Shown here: positions 7,836 to 16,023 of the stretch, one piece after another
Numbering within the stretch: the stretch's first letter is position 1
How the letters are laid out: every line of letters begins with the position of its first letter
Origin: Dehalococcoidia bacterium
GTDB taxonomy: Bacteria; Chloroflexota; Dehalococcoidia; Lucifugimonadales; UBA3495
Reading direction: 5' to 3'
DNA length: 48,589 nucleotides
Assembly (NCBI GenBank): GCA_022821365.1
Contig: JAJEDS010000190.1
Coordinates: forward strand, 1 to 48,589
Notes under the pieces: generated by a model
What the model saw: the letters and a program-made list of their open reading frames with translations, nothing else
The model's database searches: none
Told to the model about the DNA's origin: nothing
Position numbers and translations under genes: made by a program

Positions 7836-8453
7836 ATGGCGACTACACCGGTAAAGGCTCCCCCAGCAACCCGGGAAAGGCGCAAGTTCACGGTGGACGA
7901 GTATTTCCGCATGGTGGAGGCGGGTGTTCTGAAACCCAAAGAGCGGGTGGAGTTGATTGAAGGGGAGATACTGATTATGCCACCGATGGGACCGCCTAAT
8001 TTTGGGGGCGTAACTCGCCACGCGCGAGTATTTATCAGCCGAGCGGCCAATCGGTTCAGCGTTCTAGTCCAAGGACCAGTGCATTTGGATGAGCACACGG
8101 CTCCGGAGCCAGACGTAATATTGGCGAAGTTCCGCGATGACGACTATTCCTTTGCCCACGCCACCCCCGAGGACATTCTTCTGATAGTCGAGGTGGCCGA
8201 CTCTTCGTTGGCCTACGATCGCGAAGTTAAGGCCCACATCTACGGGCGTTTCAATATACCTGAGACGTGGGTGCTGAATCTGCCCGGGAATTGTCTGGAG
8301 CGGTTTACGGAACCGGGGCCAGAGGGTTACGGCCAGCACACCGTCCTGCGGCGGGGGGACAAGGTCAGGCCGGTAGCATTACCTGACCTGGAGTTGGTGG
8401 TGGATGAATTGTTGCTGCCGGTGGCGCCAACAGTGGAGGAAGAGCAAGGTTAA
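7836..8453 (+). CDS. Uma2 (DUF820) family putative endonuclease
   Basis: ATG 7836. Motifs seen: FTVDEYFRM, ELIEGEI, PEPDV, LIVEVADSS...D...K...Y...IPETWVLNL (a PD-(D/E)xK-like Uma2 pattern). Confidence 0.75.
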   Translation: MATTPVKAPPATRERRKFTVDEYFRMVEAGVLKPKERVELIEGEILIMPPMGPPNFGGVTRHARVFISRAANRFSVLVQGPVHLDEHTAPEPDVILAKFRDDDYSFAHATPEDILLIVEVADSSLAYDREVKAHIYGRFNIPETWVLNLPGNCLERFTEPGPEGYGQHTVLRRGDKVRPVALPDLELVVDELLLPVAPTVEEEQG

Positions 8454-8464
8454 TCCACTAATTT

Positions 8465-8935
8465 TCACGAATTGTCACTAATGGGTAGTTCGGGTTTTTT
8501 GGTGCCGTTAAGCAGGCCATTGGCTTCGCGGTAGGCCTCGGTGAGGGCGGAGAGTAGGTCATCCGTTGCTTCCTCGAGATAGATAAGGGCAGGACGGTTG
8601 GTTTTCCATAAATCCCGCATCGAGTACCTATTCAGGGCAGGAATCGCGCTTGGTGCAAGTTGCCTAAGCTCATGGGCATTCAGGTAGAGCCAAGGACCCT
8701 TGGTTCTGCTCTGACCGGAGTTAACCTTCGCCAATGGTCTTTTTGTCTTGTATGAGCGGATAAGAAGATTGACATATTTTCGGCCATTAAGCTCAAGGAT
8801 CACTAAATTCTCCTGGTCAAGAAGTTCGCACCAACTGATAATACGTTCCATATCGTCCTTAAACTTGACCGGAATGTTTTCAAATTCCTTATGCAAGGAA
8901 ATCGTATCCGATTGAGCACTTGTCTTCATTGGCAC
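8465..8935 (-). CDS. Hypothetical protein (A+T-richer orphan ORF)
   Basis: 156-aa ORF starting at GTG 8935, or at ATG 8929. AGGAGGA lies upstream. I recognise no family motif. Composition is visibly more A+T-rich than the neighbours. Confidence 0.5.
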   Translation of the reverse strand: MPMKTSAQSDTISLHKEFENIPVKFKDDMERIISWCELLDQENLVILELNGRKYVNLLIRSYKTKRPLAKVNSGQSRTKGPWLYLNAHELRQLAPSAIPALNRYSMRDLWKTNRPALIYLEEATDDLLSALTEAYREANGLLNGTKKPELPISDNS

Positions 8936-9079
8936 TTGCTATTCCAGTTCCTCCTATTTCGGTAAGTCATTCAATGCTTACTCTGGAATCATAATTGGGT
9001 TCGGCGGGCGCGAACCGCTGAGGTTCCAGGGTCCGGTGATTACGATAGAAGGCAGCCCGTTTACAGCCAGCAGGTCCGT

Positions 9080-9125
9080 CACCCCCATCCTGGCCTCCCC
9101 CCGTCAATGGGGAAGGGACTTTATC
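9080..9125 (+). repeat. Intergenic hairpin repeat, family B
   Basis: cacccccatcctggcctCCCCccgtcaatGGGGaagggactttatc. Its tail overlaps the aroC stop codon (9121-9123). Confidence 0.5.
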
Positions 9126-10311
9126 GGTAAACCTTCCTCGGCCCCACCGTCTTCATATACCCTTCGAAGTTGCGGCGGGTTTCGGGGATGGAGTCGCCGC
9201 CGAACTTTTCCATGAAGGCGTCGGCCAGCACCAGGGCCACCATGGCCTCTCCGATTACCCCGGCCGGCGGGGCTTGGCAGACGTCGGAGCGTTCGAAGTG
9301 GGCCTGCACCGGTTCGCCGGTGTCCAGGTCCACCGAGGGCAGGGGGTTGTGCAGGGTGGCGATGGGCTTGATGCCGAAGCGGGCCACCAGGGGCATGCCG
9401 TCGGTCATGCCGCCCTCGGTGCCGCCGGCCCGGTTGGTCTTGCGCTGCCAGGGGTTGTCGGGGTCGGTTACCGGCTCGATAACGTCGTGGACTTCGGAAC
9501 CCCGCTTGTTGACCACCTCCCAACCGGGGCCGATGGAGACGTCCTTGACGGCGTTGATGGACATGAGGGCCTGGGCGATGCGGCCGTCAATCTTCTTGTC
9601 CCACTGGATGTGGGAACCCAGGCCGATGGGCACGTTCTCGGCAATGACCTCGACAGTGCCGCCCACCGTGTCGCCGGCGTCCCGGGCGGCGTCGACCTCG
9701 GCAATCATCTTCTGGGTGGCCTCGGGGTCGGCGCAACGCACCGGCGACTCCTCCACCGCGTCCCAGTCAATGGCGTCGTGGGTGTCGGGAGTGTCCGCCC
9801 ACACGCCGCCGATGGATATGACGTGGCTGTGGAGCCTGATGCCGAACTCCTCCAGCAGGCGCATGGCGATGGCGCCGGCGCCCACCCGCGCGGCAGTCTC
9901 CCGGGCGCTGGCCCGCTCCAGGACGTTACGCACGTCGGAGAAGCCGTACTTCATAGTCCCGGGCAGGTCGGCGTGGCCGGGTCTGATGCGGGTGACACGG
10001 CGATTGCGGCCCTCCTGGGAAGGATTCTCCACGTACTCCACGGCCATGGCCTCGGTCCAGTTAGCCCAGTCCTTGTTCTCAATGGTCATGCCGATGGGGC
10101 TTCCCAGGGTGAGGCCGTGGCGAACGCCGGTCATTATGTGGGCCCAGTCCTGTTCGATAAGTTGGCGGCCGCCCCGTCCGTAGCCGCGCTGCCGCCGGGC
10201 CAGTTGGGTGCCGATGTACTCCTCGCTGATGGGCAGGGCCGCGGGGACGCCCTCCATGATTATCACCAGGCCCTGGCCGTGGGACTCGCCTGCCGTAAAC
10301 CACCGGATCAT
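9121..10311 (-). CDS. aroC: Chorismate synthase
   Basis: The N-terminus FTAGESHG and the motifs RRQRGYGRGGRQ, RPGHAD and RSDVC are the canonical AroC pattern. 396 aa. Confidence 0.95.
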   Translation of the reverse strand: MIRWFTAGESHGQGLVIIMEGVPAALPISEEYIGTQLARRQRGYGRGGRQLIEQDWAHIMTGVRHGLTLGSPIGMTIENKDWANWTEAMAVEYVENPSQEGRNRRVTRIRPGHADLPGTMKYGFSDVRNVLERASARETAARVGAGAIAMRLLEEFGIRLHSHVISIGGVWADTPDTHDAIDWDAVEESPVRCADPEATQKMIAEVDAARDAGDTVGGTVEVIAENVPIGLGSHIQWDKKIDGRIAQALMSINAVKDVSIGPGWEVVNKRGSEVHDVIEPVTDPDNPWQRKTNRAGGTEGGMTDGMPLVARFGIKPIATLHNPLPSVDLDTGEPVQAHFERSDVCQAPPAGVIGEAMVALVLADAFMEKFGGDSIPETRRNFEGYMKTVGPRKVYR

Positions 10312-10336
10312 AATTCGCTACCTCTTCTATCGATTG

Positions 10337-10419
10337 ATCCACGAATAGGCACGAATATTCACTAATGGTCCCTTAATTGCAAAGAGCGCATTAGTGTTTA
10401 TTCGTGTCTATTCGTGGAC
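10337..10419. repeat. ATTCGTG-repeat element, family A, inverted-repeat form
   Basis: Left arm atCCACGAATaggCACGAATattCACTAATg (10337-10367). Right arm cATTAGTGtttATTCGTGtctATTCGTGGac (10389-10419). 27 of 31 positions are complementary and the loop is 21 nt. It fills the aroE-aroC intercistronic gap. Confidence 0.8.
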
Positions 10420-10453
10420 AAAAAGGGAATGAACAAAGCGGGATGTTTGCCGC

Positions 10454-11308
10454 TCAGATGCGGGACTGCATGGCCCGGATTGCCGCTTCCAGCATTACCG
10501 GTACCGGCGCGGGCCGCTCCAGCCACATCTCAAAGGAGGCCGCCCCCTGGTAGACCAGCATTTCAATGCCGCCCAGGGTTTTTGCGCCGGCCTGGGCCGC
10601 TTCCCGCAGCAGACGGGTTTCGATGGGATTATACACCAGGTCATTGACCAGGGCCGTTGGTGGGATGGCGTCTCCGGGCAAGGGCGTTTCATCCTCACCA
10701 GGGCCGTGGGTCATGCCGATGGTGGTGCAATTGACGATGAGTTCGGCGGTGGCGGCGGATTCAATTAACTCGGGACCAGGAAGGGGTATGGGACTGGAGG
10801 TTATGCCCCGGTTCCGGGCCAGTTGGGCCAGGCTTTCCGCCCGTTCCGGGGTGCGGTTTGCGATGGTGAGGACGCCTACCCCTTCGCGAGCCAGGGCCAG
10901 AACCACGCCCCGGGCCGCGCCTCCGGCCCCCAGGACGAGGGTACGGCGTCCCCGGGGTTCAAAGCCCGCGCTTTCCCGCAAGGCCCGAAGGAAGCCGTAG
11001 CCGTCGGTGTTGTGGCCGGTGAGCCGCCCCTGCCGGTTGACGATGGTATTGACGGCGCCGGCCTCGGTGGCCCAGTCGTCAATTTCGTCCAGGAAGGGCA
11101 TCACCGCCAGCTTGTGCGGGACGGTTACGTTGATGCCCAGGACGGCGGGCTGGCGCAGGCCGTTGACGAACTCCTCAACCTCGTCCGGCGCCACCTGGTA
11201 CGCCATGTACCTGGCATCTACACCGCAGGCATCCAGCGCCGCCTGCTGAAACACAGGCGACATGGAATGCCCTATGGGGTAACCAATTATGCCAAGGGCG
11301 GTGTTCAT
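10454..11308 (-). CDS. aroE: Shikimate dehydrogenase
   Basis: N-terminus GIIGYPIGHSMSPVFQQAAL, plus NVTVPHK, NTDGYGF and the Rossmann motif LGAGGAARG. 284 aa. Confidence 0.93.
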   Translation of the reverse strand: MNTALGIIGYPIGHSMSPVFQQAALDACGVDARYMAYQVAPDEVEEFVNGLRQPAVLGINVTVPHKLAVMPFLDEIDDWATEAGAVNTIVNRQGRLTGHNTDGYGFLRALRESAGFEPRGRRTLVLGAGGAARGVVLALAREGVGVLTIANRTPERAESLAQLARNRGITSSPIPLPGPELIESAATAELIVNCTTIGMTHGPGEDETPLPGDAIPPTALVNDLVYNPIETRLLREAAQAGAKTLGGIEMLVYQGAASFEMWLERPAPVPVMLEAAIRAMQSRI

Positions 11309-11318
11309 TTGAAGGGAG

Positions 11319-11362
11319 CCCTCACCCCCGGCCCCTCTCCCTCAGGGAGAGGGGAGTATTCT
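11319..11362 (+). repeat. Intergenic hairpin repeat, family B variant
   Basis: ccctcacccccggCCCCTCTCCCtcaGGGAGAGGGGagtattctc forms a perfect 10-bp stem. Confidence 0.6.
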
Positions 11363-11429
11363 CATAAGTGAACATTCGTGACTATTCGTGGATAAATCCC
11401 TTCGCGGCCCTTCGTGTTCCTTCGTGGAT
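11363..11429 (+). repeat. ATTCGTG-repeat element, family A, long direct form
   Basis: CATAAGTGaacATTCGTGactATTCGTGGATAAATCCCTTCGCGGcccTTCGTGttccTTCGTGGAT. It is nearly colinear with 42343-42409. Confidence 0.8.
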
Positions 11430-11432
11430 TGA

Positions 11433-14126
11433 TTAACCGCCGAGTTGGGCCAGAATATCGCCCAGGCGTTGCTGCTGTTCCTGGAGGTTGCGCAAGCGGT
11501 CCTCCTCGGTTTCCACCACGTCGGGGCGGGCCTTGGCGCGGAAGTTGGGGTTGTTGACCAGCTTTTCCTTGCGCTCCAGTTCCCGTTCGGTGCTGGCCAG
11601 TTCCTCCCGCAGCCTGTCCTGCTCGGCGGCCAGATCCACCACCCCCTCCAGGGGCAGTCGCACCACCAGGGGATTTACCACCAGGGTAACGCCCCTGGTC
11701 TGCTCCGAATCCTCCGGAGCGCCGGAGGTAATGCTCAAGGGTTCCACCCGGGACAGGGTGCGGATTACCTCCGCCTCTTCTTCCATGGCTCGCCGCAGGC
11801 CGTTGGCCTCCACCTGGGCCTCCAGCCGCTGGTTGGCCGGAATACGAAGCTGGGCGCGGGTGTTGCGCACGGCGCGGATGGTCTGCATCACCAGGGAGAT
11901 TTCGTCCTCGGCCTGCCGGTCGTGGCGCGGAGACTCGGCCTGAGGGTAGTCGGCGACCATTATGGACGGGTCCAACTCTCCCTCAACAGGCAGGCAGGAG
12001 GTCAGGTTCCGCCAGATTTCCTCGGTAATGAAGGGCATGAAGGGATGCAGCAGGCGCAGGGTACGCTCCAGCACGTGGGCCAGCGCCGGACGGGGCGAGG
12101 GCCCTTCGCCGGAACGCATGCGCACCTTGGCCATTTCGATGTACCAGTCGCAGAAGTCGTCCCAGATGAAGTCGTACAGGCTCTGCTGTGCCTCGCCCAG
12201 TTCGAAGGCAGCCAGGGAGGCGTTGACGTCGGCAGTAACCCGGTCCAGCAGGCTGACGATCCAGCGGTCCTCCCGGTGCTCCAGGTTGGGCAGATCCCGC
12301 CAGCCGGCCAGGTCGTCCTGCCCCTCAAGGGAAGTAATGACGAAACGGGCGGCGTTCCATACCTTGTTGGCGAAGTTGCGGGCGGCCTCCAGCTTGCCCT
12401 CGGTGATGCGCAGGTCGTTGCCCGGGGCGGTGCCGGTGGACAGGGCAAAGCGGAGGGCGTCGGTGCCGTAGCGGTCGATAAGGTCCAGGGGATCCATAGT
12501 ATTGCCCCGGGTCTTGCTCATTTTTTCGCCGTTGGCGTCGCGGATCAGGCCGTGCAAGTACACCGTGCGGAAGGGAATATCCCCGGTGTTCTCGATGCCC
12601 ATCATAATCATGCGGGCCACCCAGAAAAAGAGGATGTCGTAGCCCGTTTCCATGACGGCGGTGGGGTAGAAGTAGCTGAAATCATCGGTGTCGTCGGGCC
12701 AGCCCAGGGTTGAATGAGGCCACAGGCCGGAACTGAACCAGGTATCCAGCACGTCCTCGTCCTGGCGCAGGCCCTCGGAATTGCAGGTGGGACAGGCGTT
12801 GGGATCTTCGGTAGAGACCACAATCTCGTCGCACTCGTCACAGTACCAAACGGGGATGCGGTGGCCCCACCATAGCTGGCGGCTGATGCACCAGTCCCGA
12901 ATGTTCTCCAACCAGTTGAGATAGACCCGGCCGAAACGGTCGGGGACTATGGTAATGTCACCCTTGGCCACGGCGGCGTGGGCGCGGCCGGCGATGGTGT
13001 CGGGCTCCTGGTGGCTGCCCACCTTGAGGAACCATTGCAGGCTGATGAGGGGTTCCACCACCGCGTCGCAGCGCTGGCAGTGGCCCACCGAATGGCGGTA
13101 GTCCTCCACCTTCTCCAGCAGGCCCAGGCTGTCCAGTTCCTCGGCCACGGCCTGGCGGGTGTCGAACCGCTCCCGCCCCTCATACTTGCCGGCCTGGTCG
13201 GTCATGTTGCCGTCAAAGCCAATGACGTTGATGATTTCCAGGCCGTGGCGTTCGCCAATCTCGAAGTCGGTAACGTCGTGCCCCGGGGTTACCTTCAGGG
13301 CGCCGGTGCCGAACTCCATCTCGATGGCCTCGTCGCCCACGATGGGGATGGGCCGGTCCATGATGGGCAACATGGCATCCTTGCCCACAAAGGCGGCATA
13401 GCGCGGGTCCTCTGGATGCACCGCCACGCCCGTGTCGCCCAGCATGGACTCGGGGCGGGTGGTGGCCACGGTTATGTGGCCGGTGCCGTCGGCCAGGGGG
13501 TAGCGGATGTAATAGAGCTTGCCGTCCTGCTCCTGGTATTCCACCTCCAGGTCGGAGAGGGCCGTGGCGCAGCGGGGACACCAGTTGATGATGCGCTCGT
13601 GCCTGTAAATGAGGCCCTTGTTGTACAGGTTGACAAAGGTGGTGCGGACGGCCCTGGCCGGGCCTGGGTCCAGGGTAAAGCGCAGGCGGGTCCAGTCGCA
13701 GGAGGTGCCCAGTCGCTTGTGCTGCTCGTCGATGGTGTTGCCGTAGCGGGCCACCCACTCCCAGATGCGCTCCTGGAACTTTTCGCGGCCCAGGTCGTGG
13801 CGATTGGTCCCCTCCTCGGCCAGCAGCCGCTCCACCACCCACTGGGTGGCAATGCCGGCGTGGTCCTTGCCCGGAAGCCACAGGGTATCGTCGCCCAGCA
13901 TACGGTGCCAGCGGGTCAGGGCATCCTCGATGGTGGCGGTAAGGGCGTGGCCCAGGTGCAGCTCACCGGTAACGTTGGGCGGCGGCATGATGATGACGAA
14001 GGGTTGGCGGCCTGGGCGTATTTGTGGCGTGAAGTAACCGGCATCCTGCCAGTCCTGGTAAATGCGCTGTTCCACGGATGCGGGATCATAGGCGCGGGGG
14101 ATCTCGGCGGGGGCGCTGGAGGTCAT
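11433..14126 (-). CDS. valS: Valine--tRNA ligase
   Basis: 897 aa. It has the class I HIGH motif (PNVTGELHLGHA), KMSKT (EKMSKTRGN) and a C-terminal coiled coil, with a ValRS-type N-terminus (YDPASVEQRIYQDW). Confidence 0.95.
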   Translation of the reverse strand: MTSSAPAEIPRAYDPASVEQRIYQDWQDAGYFTPQIRPGRQPFVIIMPPPNVTGELHLGHALTATIEDALTRWHRMLGDDTLWLPGKDHAGIATQWVVERLLAEEGTNRHDLGREKFQERIWEWVARYGNTIDEQHKRLGTSCDWTRLRFTLDPGPARAVRTTFVNLYNKGLIYRHERIINWCPRCATALSDLEVEYQEQDGKLYYIRYPLADGTGHITVATTRPESMLGDTGVAVHPEDPRYAAFVGKDAMLPIMDRPIPIVGDEAIEMEFGTGALKVTPGHDVTDFEIGERHGLEIINVIGFDGNMTDQAGKYEGRERFDTRQAVAEELDSLGLLEKVEDYRHSVGHCQRCDAVVEPLISLQWFLKVGSHQEPDTIAGRAHAAVAKGDITIVPDRFGRVYLNWLENIRDWCISRQLWWGHRIPVWYCDECDEIVVSTEDPNACPTCNSEGLRQDEDVLDTWFSSGLWPHSTLGWPDDTDDFSYFYPTAVMETGYDILFFWVARMIMMGIENTGDIPFRTVYLHGLIRDANGEKMSKTRGNTMDPLDLIDRYGTDALRFALSTGTAPGNDLRITEGKLEAARNFANKVWNAARFVITSLEGQDDLAGWRDLPNLEHREDRWIVSLLDRVTADVNASLAAFELGEAQQSLYDFIWDDFCDWYIEMAKVRMRSGEGPSPRPALAHVLERTLRLLHPFMPFITEEIWRNLTSCLPVEGELDPSIMVADYPQAESPRHDRQAEDEISLVMQTIRAVRNTRAQLRIPANQRLEAQVEANGLRRAMEEEAEVIRTLSRVEPLSITSGAPEDSEQTRGVTLVVNPLVVRLPLEGVVDLAAEQDRLREELASTERELERKEKLVNNPNFRAKARPDVVETEEDRLRNLQEQQQRLGDILAQLGG

Positions 14127-14176
14127 GGAAACTCTCCCTGATTAAAGCGGGTTGCGGATAGGGTTAAGCGAATCCG

Positions 14177-14200
14177 TTACGAACTGGCCTTGTTTCGTAA
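14177..14200. promoter_or_regulatory. Perfect 7-bp inverted repeat in the divergent valS/ATPase intergenic region (operator-like)
   Basis: TTACGAA (14177-14183), 10 nt, TTCGTAA (14194-14200). Confidence 0.3.
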
Positions 14201-14338
14201 TTTGGTACCGAAAATATACCATTGGGGGAGTGGGGGCGTCTATTGGGGGGAATGGCCTCAATGCTAAACTATGTCCAGAATCTGAGACTCCACGACGCGA
14301 CGGCACTCCCTCAAGACATCACGGCGGGAGCAGGGAAA

Positions 14339-15445
14339 ATGTACCGCAGCTTCACCATCAAAAATTTCCGGTGCTTCGACGAGTTAACCGTGGAAGGCAT
14401 GGGCCGAATAAACCTGATTGCGGGCAAGAACAACGTGGGGAAGACAGCGTTGCTGGAGGCGTTGTGGGTGCATAGTGGGGCCGTAAATCCGGATTTGGCC
14501 GTGAGAATCGATTCTTTCAGGGGATTGGAACAGCAGACTCTGGAGAGCTTTCTCGGAAGTTTGTTCAGGGGATTTGACCGCGAACTGACCATAGAAATAT
14601 GCAGCACAGGTGATTGGGAGGACTCACCTTTCTACCATAAAATCTATTTCGAAGACGGTTCATCCTTCGAGATGCCATTGGCTGGTCCTGAAAATGACCA
14701 GCTATCACTATTCCAGAATTCTTCTATTGCAATGCGTGCAAGCCAGGTAGTCGTTATGGAATACTCTGATGGTATGGGCGAGAAGACTATCGCCAAAGGA
14801 AGGTTAGTTGCCCGCCAGTTGGGTCCGGTCCAAGATGTAGGTCTAGAGGTAGCTTTCGAAACAGGCCAACCTTTACAAGACCATGCGAGAGCAATATTTC
14901 TCGCAGCGAGACGAGCATCTGTAGGTCTGGAAGACGTGAATCGCTACAGCGAACTGGAAGTCAATGGCGAGGCGGACGGCGTACTTGAAATCCTGCAATG
15001 CGTTGAACCGGAACTGAAGAGGCTTGCGGTTGTTTCTGCAAGGCAAGCTCCGAGCATTTACGCTGATGTTGGCAGAGGGAGGCTTATTCCCATTCAACTC
15101 TTAGGGGACGGAATGTCTCGCATCCTATCTCTGGCACTGGCCATTGCCAGTGCCCCAGAAGGCAATGTGATGGTGGACGAAATCGAAAACGGCGTCCACC
15201 ACTCGGTGATGGAAAAGGTGTGGAAGGCCATTGGGGCCTTTGCCCGCAGTTATGACGTGCAGATTTTTGCCACCACCCACAGCTACGAGTGTATCGGGGC
15301 GGCCTACCGGGCCTTTGAGTCGGACGAGGAGGACGAACTGCGGCTGTTTCGTATTGAGCGGAGCCCTGAAGGCAAGTATAGGGCGGTGAAGTTCGACCGG
15401 GAGCGTATCGGATCTGCTTACCAGTTCAATATGGACGTGATTTAA
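14339..15445 (+). CDS. ABC/SMC-like AAA ATPase (AAA_15/AAA_21 type)
   Basis: ATG 14339 follows GGGAG. The ORF is open from 14222, so an earlier start is possible. Motifs: Walker A GKNNVGKT (14423-14446), signature-like LGDGMSRIL, Walker B VMVDEIENGVH (from 15167) and H-loop-like ATTHS (from 15269). Confidence 0.8.
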   Translation: MYRSFTIKNFRCFDELTVEGMGRINLIAGKNNVGKTALLEALWVHSGAVNPDLAVRIDSFRGLEQQTLESFLGSLFRGFDRELTIEICSTGDWEDSPFYHKIYFEDGSSFEMPLAGPENDQLSLFQNSSIAMRASQVVVMEYSDGMGEKTIAKGRLVARQLGPVQDVGLEVAFETGQPLQDHARAIFLAARRASVGLEDVNRYSELEVNGEADGVLEILQCVEPELKRLAVVSARQAPSIYADVGRGRLIPIQLLGDGMSRILSLALAIASAPEGNVMVDEIENGVHHSVMEKVWKAIGAFARSYDVQIFATTHSYECIGAAYRAFESDEEDELRLFRIERSPEGKYRAVKFDRERIGSAYQFNMDVI

Positions 15446-16023
15446 TGGTGCAATGGGGTCAGGGCAGAGAAATGCCTGCCGTCAGTAGCGGCAGGCAACT
15501 GCTTGTCGAGGGGCGGGAGGAAGTACAGTTCTTTCAGGCTTTTTTAAGACACCTGGGAATAGGCGATATTCAAATACGGGACTATGAAGGAAAAGACAAT
15601 CTTCGCAGGTATCTCCTTTCCTTTACCGGCCTCAATGATTTTGTCCATGTTCGATCTGTCGCCATAGTCAGAGACGCCGATGACAACGCTCCCTCGGCGC
15701 TGCAGAGCGTCCAGGACAGTTTGCGGAACGCAGAGTTATCCGTGCCCAGGGGATTCACCACCCCGTCGGACGGTCCCCCGCGAATATCCATATTCATCAT
15801 GCCCGACAACCACAGCGCCGGCGCCCTGGAACAGCTATGCCTTTCCGCGCTGGCGGACGACTCCGCAATGTCCTGCGTGGACGATTTTCTTCGATGCGTC
15901 AACGACAGGGTTGTAGACCCGCCGAAGGACCACCAAAAAGCCCGCATCCACGCCTTCCTGGCATCCCGCCAAGACCCTGAATTACGCCTTGGGGAGGCCG
16001 CCCAGCGGGGCTACATCCCCTAG
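15445..16023 (+). CDS. Small TOPRIM-like protein (DUF4435/DUF3226/DUF4276/RloB-like pattern)
   Basis: The ATG overlaps the upstream stop (TAATG at 15443-15447). It has LLVEGREE (Glu codon 15508-15510) and IVRDADDN (DxD, 15673-15684). 192 aa. An alternative start is M10 at 15472. Confidence 0.6.
   Translation: MVQWGQGREMPAVSSGRQLLVEGREEVQFFQAFLRHLGIGDIQIRDYEGKDNLRRYLLSFTGLNDFVHVRSVAIVRDADDNAPSALQSVQDSLRNAELSVPRGFTTPSDGPPRISIFIMPDNHSAGALEQLCLSALADDSAMSCVDDFLRCVNDRVVDPPKDHQKARIHAFLASRQDPELRLGEAAQRGYIP

Noticed and set aside
11386-11400. DnaA-box-like 9-mers (TTATCCACG on the minus strand) inside the ATTCGTGGATAAATCC parts of the family A repeats, also at 42366-42380. I considered a replication origin.
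   Set aside because: There are single 8/9 matches embedded in a dispersed repeat. There is no cluster of boxes, no AT-rich unwinding element, and no dnaA or dnaN nearby. The context is the valS-aroE and NHL/hypothetical gene ends.
10337-11429. The ATTCGTG repeats as a possible CRISPR array.
   Set aside because: The repeat period is 10 bp with 3-nt spacers, whereas a CRISPR array needs direct repeats of about 28-37 bp separated by unique spacers of about 30 bp. The copies are dispersed rather than in an array, and there are no cas genes in the window.
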